From: Polyangiaceae bacterium
Lineage (GTDB): Bacteria; Myxococcota_A; Polyangia; Polyangiales; Polyangiaceae
Length of the DNA: 64,000 nucleotides
Assembly (NCBI GenBank): GCA_041389685.1
Contig: JAWKRJ010000033.1
Coordinates: 19,169 to 83,168 of the forward strand
Direction of reading: 5' to 3'
Under the pieces are notes generated by a model. The model had not been told where the DNA came from. It ran no database searches and worked only from the letters and a program-made list of their open reading frames with translations. The translations under genes and the position numbers were made by a program. Below are positions 34,562 to 41,987 of this stretch, one piece after another (the stretch's first letter is position 1; each line of letters begins with the position of its first letter).

Positions 34562-35590
34562 ATGACCGAGACCGCAAAGACGGAACCCGCCCGCGAGGCG
34601 ACGACGGGGATCTGGCTCCGGCGCATGGTGTCGCTGAGCCTCTACCACCTGCTCTTCGTGGTGGTGGTCGGGACCCTTCCGCTCACCTTGGTGCTGGCAG
34701 GCCTCGGCGATCTGGCAGCGCGGCGCCGCGGCGCGTTGACGCGTACGCTCCTGTTCTTCGCCCTCTACCTCGGCTGCGAGGTCCTGGGGATCTGGCTCGC
34801 CTTCGGGATCTGGCTGACGCGGGGGCTCTGGATGGGGGCGCGGGACCCTCGCTACCTCGCGCTGAACTTCCGGCTGCAATGCGCCTGGGCGCGGTGGCTG
34901 CGGCGCGGCGCCTTCACCCTCTACGGGATGACCCTCGAGGTAGAGGGCGACGAGGTCTTCGCGACCGGGCCCGTGCTGGTGATGGCGCGGCACAGCAGCG
35001 TGGCCGACACCGTCCTTCCCGTGATGCTCGCCGGGGAGCGGCACGGGCTCGTGTTGCGCTGGGTGTTGAAGCGCGAGCTGCTCTGGGATCCCTGCCTCGA
35101 CATCGTGGGGCACCGGCTCGACAACTGCTTCGTGTCGCGAATGCCCGAGGAGGGGAGCGCGGACGTGGCGCGGGTGGCGGCGCTGATGGACGACCTCGGG
35201 CCGGGGGAGGGTGTGATGATCTACCCGGAGGGCACTCGGTTCTCGGCGCAGAAGCGCCGCGCCTTGCTCGACAAGGCGACCAAGCGCGGCGACGAGACGC
35301 TGCGAGCGCGGGTGGCGCGCTTCCAGCACGTGCTGCCTCCGCGGCTCGGGGGTGCTTCGGCGCTGCTCGCGCGGGGCACGGACCTGGTGTTCCTCGCCCA
35401 TGTCGGCCTGGAGGGCTCGGCGACCTTCTGGGATCTCGCCCGCGGCGGGCTCATCGGTCAACCGGTGCGGGTGAAGGCCTGGCGGATCCCCGCGCGCGAG
35501 GTGCCGGCCGAGCCCGAGGCCCGCATCGCCTTCCTGCATGACCAATGGGCGAAGGTGGACGCCTTCGTCGGTGGGGAGGTCGGTGTATGA
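34562..35590 (+). CDS. Lysophospholipid (1-acyl-glycerol-3-phosphate-type) acyltransferase
   Basis: N-terminal TM helices, an H(x)4D block (ARHSSVADT) and a YPEGTR block. Confidence 0.85.
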   Translation: MTETAKTEPAREATTGIWLRRMVSLSLYHLLFVVVVGTLPLTLVLAGLGDLAARRRGALTRTLLFFALYLGCEVLGIWLAFGIWLTRGLWMGARDPRYLALNFRLQCAWARWLRRGAFTLYGMTLEVEGDEVFATGPVLVMARHSSVADTVLPVMLAGERHGLVLRWVLKRELLWDPCLDIVGHRLDNCFVSRMPEEGSADVARVAALMDDLGPGEGVMIYPEGTRFSAQKRRALLDKATKRGDETLRARVARFQHVLPPRLGGASALLARGTDLVFLAHVGLEGSATFWDLARGGLIGQPVRVKAWRIPAREVPAEPEARIAFLHDQWAKVDAFVGGEVGV

Positions 35591-35623
35591 GCCTCGCCGA
35601 GCGGATGGCCCCGGAGTGCTCCT

Positions 35624-36172
35624 TCACATGCAGCCCATGCCGGAGCAGTTGCAGATGCCGGGCTCGGAGCAGGTGCAGAGGGCGCCGTCGAGACATTGGA
35701 CGTTCACCACCCCCATGCTGGGACCCAGGACGTTGCAGGTGGATCCCTCGGCGCAGACGACGTCGCAGTCGGCCTGGCAGAAGATGTCGCAGCTCGACGC
35801 GGGCGGGCAGCCGACGAAGCAGTTCTGGGCGCAGTCGATGACGCACATGCCCGCGGACGCGCAGTCCATCGAGCAGAAGCCCGCCGGGCAGCTGAGCTGA
35901 CAGAAGCCACCCGGGTCGAGGGGGATGTCGCCGAGGTCGCAGCTGCAGGGCGCGCCGGGGTCGCACTGGCAAAACAGCTGGCCCGGCTCACCCTCGCAGA
36001 ACGGAGGCAGGGGCACGGGAAAGCCCCCCGTGCCCGACGCGCCGACCTCACCGCCGGTTCCGACGGGGGGAGGCAGCGGCTCTCCGCCCTCGCCACCGAG
36101 CACGACCACGTCGTTGGCGCAGGCGGCGAGCGCAGCCAAGACCACCAGGAGATGCAAGACGCGTCGATTCAT
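35624..36172 (-). CDS. Cys-rich lipoprotein
   Basis: MNRRVLHLLVVLAALAAC lipobox, a Gly-rich linker (GGEGGEPLPPPVGTGGEVGASGTGG), then about 30 Cys (FCQCDPGAPCSCD...CSMDCASAGMCVIDCAQNCFVGC...). ATGA overlap with the upstream gene. Confidence 0.75.
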   Translation of the reverse strand: MNRRVLHLLVVLAALAACANDVVVLGGEGGEPLPPPVGTGGEVGASGTGGFPVPLPPFCEGEPGQLFCQCDPGAPCSCDLGDIPLDPGGFCQLSCPAGFCSMDCASAGMCVIDCAQNCFVGCPPASSCDIFCQADCDVVCAEGSTCNVLGPSMGVVNVQCLDGALCTCSEPGICNCSGMGCM

Positions 36173-37377
36173 CGTGAGCCCGAGGGGTGAGAGCCGAGAC
36201 CATAGGCGACGGAGAGGCCGGCCGCGAAGGTGAGGCCGTCGAGCTGCACGGCGTCGTCGTCCTGGACGATGCCCCGCGGAGCCCGCAACAGGCCACCGAA
36301 TTCGAGGGGGATGGCGATGATCGTGCGACCGCTCTGGAGGCTCGGCACGAGGCCGAGGGCGAGGCTGCCGGTCAGCCCGAAGACGTCGGAGGTGGGGGTG
36401 TCCACGGCGATGGCGTCACCCGCGAGGTGTGCGAGCGCGAGGGCAGGCCGCGCGTCGAGGCGGAGCCCGAAGGGGCCCGCGACCACCATCTTCCAGGTGG
36501 CCACGGCGCCGAGCTGCACGAGCTGCACGTCGACCTCCCCGCCGCGCCGGGTCTGGGAGCCGAAGGCCGCCTCGATGAAGGGGCCGAAGCCGATGCGGCG
36601 CCAGGGGAAGCCCTGGTAGCTGGCCCCCACGCCGTAGGTGGTGATGGGGGCGGCGAGGTTCAGGAGGCGCAGGCGCGGACCGACACCGATCTCGTGCACG
36701 GGCGTGGGGGCCTCCTCGCGCGGCTGGTCTGGGGTGGGCCAGGGCGTGGCGCCCGTGATCTGGTTGGGGGCGAAGCCCGGGACGACGGCGGGCGCCCAGG
36801 GCGCGAGCGCGCCCGGGGCGGGCTGCGGCGGGGGCGCGAGTGGCGTCGGCTGGGCGAGGACCTCGGGCATGGGGGCGAGGGCGGGCGCCTCGGCGGCGGG
36901 CTCGCCGGACTTGGCGTCGATGGCGGGGAGCACCACCGTGCCCCCTCCGGTGACCTCCGCGGTGGTCTCCGCCCCCGCCACCCGCTCCCGGGGTGGCCCC
37001 AGGAGCGGCTTGGCCGCCTGGAGGAGCCCGGCCGCGAGGAGCGCGAGGGTACGCTCCGGGTCCACGTCCTCGCAGCACGCACCGGTGACGAGCCGCTCGA
37101 CGCGGATCCCGGAGCGAGGGCTCGCGACGCCGATGGTGACGTCGTCGCCGGCGCAGGAGAAGTCCACGAGCAGGCGCGAGTCGATGGTCTTCGAGGGGCC
37201 GTCGAGCTCCAGGTGGGTGAGGCGCTCGAGCTCGTCGGCAGCGAGCCAGGTGCAGCGGCGCGCCGACACCTCCACGCCCGGCTTCTCCAGAGCGGGGGTA
37301 GCCGGGGGTGCCTGGGCCCACGAGGCCGGCGCGGGGAGCAGCAGCGCACCCGCGACGAGCGCCGCCCCACCCCTCAC
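36169..37377 (-). CDS. Exported protein with predicted C-terminal beta-barrel (unknown function)
   Basis: GTG 37377 is preceded by GGAGG and gives VRGGAALVAGALLLPAPASWA|QA (signal peptide). A 4-Cys N-domain, a Pro-rich linker and a C-terminal region of about 170 aa with alternating hydrophobic strands (GVGASYQGF...VATWKMVVAG...FAAGLSVAYGLG). The ORF maximum is 37575. Confidence 0.55.
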   Translation of the reverse strand: MRGGAALVAGALLLPAPASWAQAPPATPALEKPGVEVSARRCTWLAADELERLTHLELDGPSKTIDSRLLVDFSCAGDDVTIGVASPRSGIRVERLVTGACCEDVDPERTLALLAAGLLQAAKPLLGPPRERVAGAETTAEVTGGGTVVLPAIDAKSGEPAAEAPALAPMPEVLAQPTPLAPPPQPAPGALAPWAPAVVPGFAPNQITGATPWPTPDQPREEAPTPVHEIGVGPRLRLLNLAAPITTYGVGASYQGFPWRRIGFGPFIEAAFGSQTRRGGEVDVQLVQLGAVATWKMVVAGPFGLRLDARPALALAHLAGDAIAVDTPTSDVFGLTGSLALGLVPSLQSGRTIIAIPLEFGGLLRAPRGIVQDDDAVQLDGLTFAAGLSVAYGLGSHPSGSR

Positions 37378-37399
37378 GGCGACCGCGCGGCCTCCGCGC

Positions 37400-38656
37400 T
37401 CACGAGCCTCCCGCGAGCGCCCGCATCTGCTCGGCGTGAACGCCCTGGGGGTGAGCCGCGAGGTAGCGTTGGGCCGCCGCGCGGGCCCGGGCGGGCTGCC
37501 CCGCCGCGGCCCACGAGGACGCCGCCTCGGCGAAGGCGTCGCCGCGCAGCCCACCGCCACAGCTCTCGAAGGCACGGGCCGCCGCCTCGTGCTGGCCGCG
37601 CTCGCGCTCGACGCGGCCGAGGGTGAACAGCGCCAGGGTCACCCGGCGATCGCGGGGGTGAAGGCTGACGAGCAGGCGCAGGGTCGCGGCTGCCTCGTCG
37701 AGTCGGCCCGCACCGCGGGCCGCGTCGGCGCGTCGCATCAGCTCGGCCGCGTCGGGCACCGAGGGCGCGCCGCCCCCATGCGCCTGCTCCGCGGGCGCGG
37801 GGCTCGGCTCCTCGGGCGGGGCAGGCGGGGTGGCCTCGGGCGCGGGGGCTCGCCGAGCATGGGCCGCCGTCGCTTGGTCGGGGGCCACGATCCGCGTCAC
37901 CTGGCCCTTGGTCAGCTCGAGCTGGGTCCCGTTGTGCTCCACGCGCACCCGCCCACGCTCCACCCGCACCTCCACCACGTCGCCCTGGACGTCGACGTCG
38001 AAGATGGTGCCCAGCACCGTGACGACCACGCCGCGCGCGCCCACCACGAAGCGACGCTCGGGGCGCCGCGTGATCTCGTAGCGGACCCGACCGGCGGTCT
38101 GGCGCACCTCGACGAGGGCCGGGCGATCGTCGACCACCGAGACCTCAGCCCCCTCCGAGAGCAGCGACCGCGAGCCATCGGTGTACTTGAGCGCGGATCC
38201 GGCGGCGTCCTCCGCCACCACCGGCTCGCCCGTGGGCCGCAGGAGCATCAGGACGAGGGCCGCCGCCACCGCGGCGAGAGCCGCGAGCCACCAGCGGCTT
38301 GGCCGGACCAAGGGGACCTCGAGCCGCGCGGGCTCGTCGCTCGGGCCATCCTCCGCCGTGGCGTCCTCGGTGGACACCTCGTCGGCGGGCGGCTGTTCGA
38401 GCGGCGCCTCCTCCAGGGCGAGGTCGCCGTCGCCACCTCGCGCATCCTCGGCGGCGAGCTCCCGCTCGGACTCGGCGGCGAGATCGTCCTCCACGGACTG
38501 GCGGAAGGCGGCGAGGGCCCGACGCTGAACGCGGGCTGCCCGGACCTCGTCCCAGGGCACCTCGAGGTCGTCGCGGAGCCCCGCGAGGGCGCCCGGGCGC
38601 TCCAAGAGCGCGGCGAGAGCGGCGGCGTCCGGCGCGTCGCGGTCGTGATCACGCAT
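37400..38656 (-). CDS. FecR-family anti-sigma factor with C-terminal TPR-like region
   Basis: Cytoplasmic N-domain, a TM (WWLAALAAVAAALVLMLL), a FecR-like beta region (RFVVGARGVVVTVLGTIFDVDV...VRVERGRVRVE) and a helical Ala-rich C-terminus. The start overlaps the sigma stop by 8 nt. Confidence 0.75.
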   Translation of the reverse strand: MRDHDRDAPDAAALAALLERPGALAGLRDDLEVPWDEVRAARVQRRALAAFRQSVEDDLAAESERELAAEDARGGDGDLALEEAPLEQPPADEVSTEDATAEDGPSDEPARLEVPLVRPSRWWLAALAAVAAALVLMLLRPTGEPVVAEDAAGSALKYTDGSRSLLSEGAEVSVVDDRPALVEVRQTAGRVRYEITRRPERRFVVGARGVVVTVLGTIFDVDVQGDVVEVRVERGRVRVEHNGTQLELTKGQVTRIVAPDQATAAHARRAPAPEATPPAPPEEPSPAPAEQAHGGGAPSVPDAAELMRRADAARGAGRLDEAAATLRLLVSLHPRDRRVTLALFTLGRVERERGQHEAAARAFESCGGGLRGDAFAEAASSWAAAGQPARARAAAQRYLAAHPQGVHAEQMRALAGGS

Positions 38657-39182
38657 GGCCGAGCCTCCTGAGCCGCTGGTTGGCGGCGGCGATGTGGCGC
38701 TTCACGCTGGTGAGCGAGCTCTCGCAGAGCTCGGCGACCACCGGGAGCGTCTCACCTTCGATGTGGTGGAGCATCCAAGGCAAGCGGAGCTTGTCGGGCA
38801 GGCGCGCCAGCGATCGGTAGAGCGCCTGGACCTCGGCGCGCGCCGTGGGGTCGATCGAGGTCGGCACCGTCGCCTTCAGCTCCCCCGCGATCTCGCGGGA
38901 CCGGTACCGATCCGCCAGGTGGCGCTTGACCCGCCGCACCGCGATGGTCGTGAGCCAGCGCCGGAGCGCCGCGGGCTCGCGGAGCGAGTCGAGCTGGCGA
39001 AGGCCGATCACGAAGGTCTCCTGGACGATGTCGTCGAGCTGGCCGTCGTCGCCGAGGAGGCGGTAGACGACGCCCGCCACATGTCGGGCGTGGCGCTTGT
39101 AGAGCAGTGAGAAGGCCCGCTCGTCCCCTTCCCGAACCTGGGCGATGAGCGTGGCGTCGTCGATGCTGGTCGCGGTCGCCAT
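38649..39182 (-). CDS. ECF RNA polymerase sigma factor
   Basis: Region 2 (ERAFSLLYKRHARHVAGVVYRLLGDDGQLDDIVQETFVIGLRQL) and region 4 (LPDKLRLPWMLHHIEGETLPVVAELCESSLTSVKRHIAAANQRL). ATG 39182 chosen; 39203 and 39212 are possible. The rest of ORF 38649..40628 is a shadow. Confidence 0.88.
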   Translation of the reverse strand: MATATSIDDATLIAQVREGDERAFSLLYKRHARHVAGVVYRLLGDDGQLDDIVQETFVIGLRQLDSLREPAALRRWLTTIAVRRVKRHLADRYRSREIAGELKATVPTSIDPTARAEVQALYRSLARLPDKLRLPWMLHHIEGETLPVVAELCESSLTSVKRHIAAANQRLRRLGHA

Positions 39183-39243
39183 GTCTGGTGCGGGAAGCGC
39201 CATCGGAACCATGGTGCCTGGCCTGTTGCCGGATCGGCCCATC

Positions 39244-39286
39244 TTTTTTTTCGAAATCGGCCCCGACGATTTCGCGATTTTTTTTT
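39244..39286. promoter_or_regulatory. T8 - 8-bp hairpin - T9 element in the divergent intergenic region
   Basis: TTTTTTTT CGAAATCG gccccga CGATTTCG cga TTTTTTTTT read directly. Very AT-rich for this genome. Confidence 0.5.
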
Positions 39287-39452
39287 GGACCGATTGGGCG
39301 CGACCGCCCGCACTGGGGGGGCAAAGGGCCGAGGGACGCCCTCCCGAACCGCGACGGACGCGGCGCGGGGGTGGATGCCGCGAGAGGGCCGCCCGCTTTC
39401 GATTGGGTGGCGGTGCCTCGGTCCATCTCATGGACAAGACGAGGAGACAGCA

Positions 39453-40271
39453 ATGGCGAAGCGAGATGCGATGGTGAAGCCCTTCTGGCGGGCGGTGATT
39501 GGCGTCAGCGCGGTGTTCGTGCTCATGGGCGCGAAGGCCGAGGGCTGCGGAGGCGGGGAACCGGGCAACTCCTCCGGCACCGGCGGCAACCCCGAGCCCC
39601 CACCCCCGACGATCTGCGGTCCCGGGGAGCACCCCGAGCTCGTCTGCGAGCCGGGCTGCGGCTTCGACGAGGGGGTGCCGGTGGATCCGGGCATGCCGGG
39701 CTTCCCGGGCGACCCGGGCGACCCGGGGTCCTGGGGCGGGCCCGACGAGCCGCCCCCCGTGAGCACGGGCAGCGGCATGGTGCCCCCGGGGCCCCACCCG
39801 GAGGAGTGCTACGAGATCTGCGTCCCGGATTCTTTCTGTCCGCCCGGCACCTACGAGGAGTGGGTCTGCGAGGGGACGGGGATGGGCCCGGGCGAGCCCT
39901 GCCTCGACCCCAACGGCTGCCCCGAGCCGCCGGTCGAGCCGGGCGAGGAGTGTTACCCGGTCTGCGTCCCCGAGAACGTCTGCGGCCCCGGCTTCCACGA
40001 GGACCTGGTCTGCAGCGATCCGATGCCCGGCCCCTGCCTCGACCCCAACGGTTGCCCTCCGGAGCCAGGCGAGTGCGTCCCGACCTGCGTCCCGGACGAG
40101 GACGAGTGTCCCCCCGGAACGCACCTCGACTTCTTCTGTGACGAGACGGGCTGCAGCGAGATCTGCTGGGGCGATGAAGAGCCCTGCCCGCCCGGCTTGA
40201 TCCCCGAGGTCCAGTGCGACCAGTACGGCTGCTTCGAGATCTGCATCGACCCGATGCAGGAGTACCCGTGA
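39453..40271 (+). CDS. Cys-rich exported protein with CVP-x3-C-PPG-x5-C type repeats
   Basis: ATG 39453 with GAGGAG 7 nt upstream, and a signal peptide (FWRAVIGVSAVFVLMGAKA). Repeated modules EECYEICVPDSFCPPGTYEEWVC / EECYPVCVPENVCGPGFHEDLVC / GECVPTCVPDEDECPPGTHLDFFC. Confidence 0.7.
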   Translation: MAKRDAMVKPFWRAVIGVSAVFVLMGAKAEGCGGGEPGNSSGTGGNPEPPPPTICGPGEHPELVCEPGCGFDEGVPVDPGMPGFPGDPGDPGSWGGPDEPPPVSTGSGMVPPGPHPEECYEICVPDSFCPPGTYEEWVCEGTGMGPGEPCLDPNGCPEPPVEPGEECYPVCVPENVCGPGFHEDLVCSDPMPGPCLDPNGCPPEPGECVPTCVPDEDECPPGTHLDFFCDETGCSEICWGDEEPCPPGLIPEVQCDQYGCFEICIDPMQEYP

Positions 40272-40882
40272 GCCAACCTTCGACCCGATCCCTCGCCATC
40301 GTCCTGACGGTGGCGGGGGTCTTCCTCGGCTGCGGCAACGAGCTCGTCTTCGACGACGGTGAAGGCGGCGGTGGCGACGACGGTTCGGGCAGCAGCACCG
40401 GGTCGGGCATCGGAGGCAACCCCGCCACGGGGGGCGTGGGCGGCAACGCCAGCACCACGGTCTCCACCGGCGTGGGCGGAACGACCACCACCTCGAGCGG
40501 CGTCGGGGGTACCGCCTCGAGCGGCGTCGGGGGTACCGCCTCGAGCGGCGTCGGGGGCAGCCCCACCACCACGTCGAGCGGGGTCGGCGGCTTTCCCACC
40601 ACGAGCTCGAGCGGCGCGGGCGGCGCACCCCCCACGATGTCGAGCGGGGTGGGCGGCAGCCCGGGCTGCAGCGGCTGCGCCGACGCGCTCCTCAACGGCA
40701 CGGGCAACCTCTGCCCCCAGTCGGCGGTGCTGTTCCAGCAGGTGGTGGACTGCGCCTGCAGCTACGGCTGCTCGATGGAGTGCGTGAACGAGTGCAACGG
40801 CGGCCCCTGGGGAAACAACTGCGACGGCTGCTTCTGGAACGTCTGCTTGCCGGAGATCGACCAATGCCTCATGGATCAGTGA
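40268..40882 (+). CDS. Cys-rich lipoprotein with Gly/Ser/Thr repeat linker
   Basis: GTG 40268 overlaps the upstream stop (GTGA). SLAIVLTVAGVFLGC lipobox, (SSGVGGTx)n linker and a C-terminal 12-Cys module (GCSGCADALL...CACSYGCSMECVNECNGG...CDGCFWNVCLPEIDQC). Confidence 0.7.
   Translation: MSQPSTRSLAIVLTVAGVFLGCGNELVFDDGEGGGGDDGSGSSTGSGIGGNPATGGVGGNASTTVSTGVGGTTTTSSGVGGTASSGVGGTASSGVGGSPTTTSSGVGGFPTTSSSGAGGAPPTMSSGVGGSPGCSGCADALLNGTGNLCPQSAVLFQQVVDCACSYGCSMECVNECNGGPWGNNCDGCFWNVCLPEIDQCLMDQ
40492..40563. repeat. 24-bp tandem repeat x3 (ctcgagcggcgtcgggggtaccgc)
   Basis: Read directly. Encodes SSGVGGTA SSGVGGTA SSGVGGSP, with more degenerate copies downstream. Confidence 0.85.
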
Positions 40883-40988
40883 CTCGCCCGCCATTCCTCG
40901 AGCGACTCGTCGCCGGGCTGCGCGAGCTCGTCTCCCCGCCTCGCCTTCGTCGCGTCCGTCTCCCCGCCCCCAAGCGGTGATCGCCCAA

Positions 40989-41045
40989 CACCCCGCGGCG
41001 CGGTCGGTCCTCCCTTGCCTGGCCGCGCCGCGGGGTGGCTTTTGC
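40989..41045 (+). terminator. Rho-independent-like terminator (15-bp perfect stem followed by cTTTTg)
   Basis: caccccgcggcgcgg (40989-41003) pairs with ccgcgccgcggggtg (41023-41037), followed by gcttttgcc. It lies about 105 nt after the stop at 40882. Confidence 0.65.
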
Positions 41046-41113
41046 CCACGCGTGGCCCTCGCCGGTGAGCTAGGCGAAGCCTGACCTCGCCTCGCCCAGC
41101 CATGGGCGAGGTC

Positions 41114-41144
41114 AGGCGTAGCCGCATGGCGCTCGCTGATTTAG
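41114..41144 (+). promoter_or_regulatory. 31-nt conserved upstream motif, copy B (AGGCGTAGCCGCAtgGCGcTCGCTGATTTAG), 9 nt before the ATG
   Basis: 28/31 identical to the reverse complement of 14853..14883, with the same 9-nt spacer to ATG 41154. Its 5' end is part of a 13-bp hairpin (41079-41091 / 41105-41117). Confidence 0.5.
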
Positions 41145-41153
41145 CCTGCCCGC

Positions 41154-41987
41154 ATGCCCTACACCGCGGGGAAGCCTCGCATCCACTTCGAAACCCTCGG
41201 GGCTCCGCAGGCGCCGCCGCTGTTGATGCTGCGTGGCCTCGGCCGCGCGAAGGCGCATTGGGGTCGAGTGGTGGGCGAGCTGGCGCCACGCTTCCGCCTC
41301 GTCCTGCTGGACAACCGCGGCGTCGGCCTCAGCGACGCGCCGCGCGCCCCCTTCGCCATGGGCGCGCTCGCTCGCGATGCGCTCGACGTCCTGGACGCGC
41401 TCGGGATCGCGCGCGCCCACGTGTTCGGGATGTCGCTGGGCGGGATGATCGCCCAGCACCTCGCCATCGCCCACCCGAACCGCGTCGACCGTCTGGTCCT
41501 CGGCTGCACGACGCCGGGGGGGCCGGAGGCGGAGCGGCCGCGCTTGTCGGCCTTCGCCCGGCTCGCCCAGGCGCGGATGACCTCGATCGAGGCCGCCATC
41601 CAGGCCGAGGGGGAGATGCTGCTCAGCGATCGTTACCGCCGCGACCACCCCGAGGTGATCGAGGAGTGGATCGCGATCGCCAAGCGCGAGCCCGTCGCGA
41701 AGCGCTCGCTCCTGCTGCAGATGGGGGCCGCGATCGGCCACCGAGCGGGGGAAGGGCTCGGCCGCATCACCGCCCCCACCTTGGTGGTCAGCGGCGACGA
41801 CGACCCCCTCATCCCCGTCGCCAACAGCCGGCTCCTCGCGCGCCGGATCCGCGGCGCCGAGCTCGCCTGGATCGCAGGGGCCCGCCACGACTTCGCCACC
41901 GAGGCGCCGGGTGAGCTCGGGCGCTTGCTCAGGGAGTTCTTGCTGCCTGCGGACGGAGCAAGAGCGCCATCACACCGTGAGCGTTGA
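41154..41987 (+). CDS. Alpha/beta hydrolase
   Basis: 277 aa. LLMLRGLG oxyanion region, nucleophile elbow GMSLGG and C-terminal GARHDF (catalytic His). Confidence 0.88.
   Translation: MPYTAGKPRIHFETLGAPQAPPLLMLRGLGRAKAHWGRVVGELAPRFRLVLLDNRGVGLSDAPRAPFAMGALARDALDVLDALGIARAHVFGMSLGGMIAQHLAIAHPNRVDRLVLGCTTPGGPEAERPRLSAFARLAQARMTSIEAAIQAEGEMLLSDRYRRDHPEVIEEWIAIAKREPVAKRSLLLQMGAAIGHRAGEGLGRITAPTLVVSGDDDPLIPVANSRLLARRIRGAELAWIAGARHDFATEAPGELGRLLREFLLPADGARAPSHRER

Noticed and set aside
39523-40707. Minus-strand ORFs 39523..40707, 39953..40894 and the upstream part of 38649..40628
   Set aside because: They are Arg/Pro-rich mirrors of the two plus-strand Cys-rich genes. The plus-strand genes have signal peptides, an RBS and GTGA coupling.
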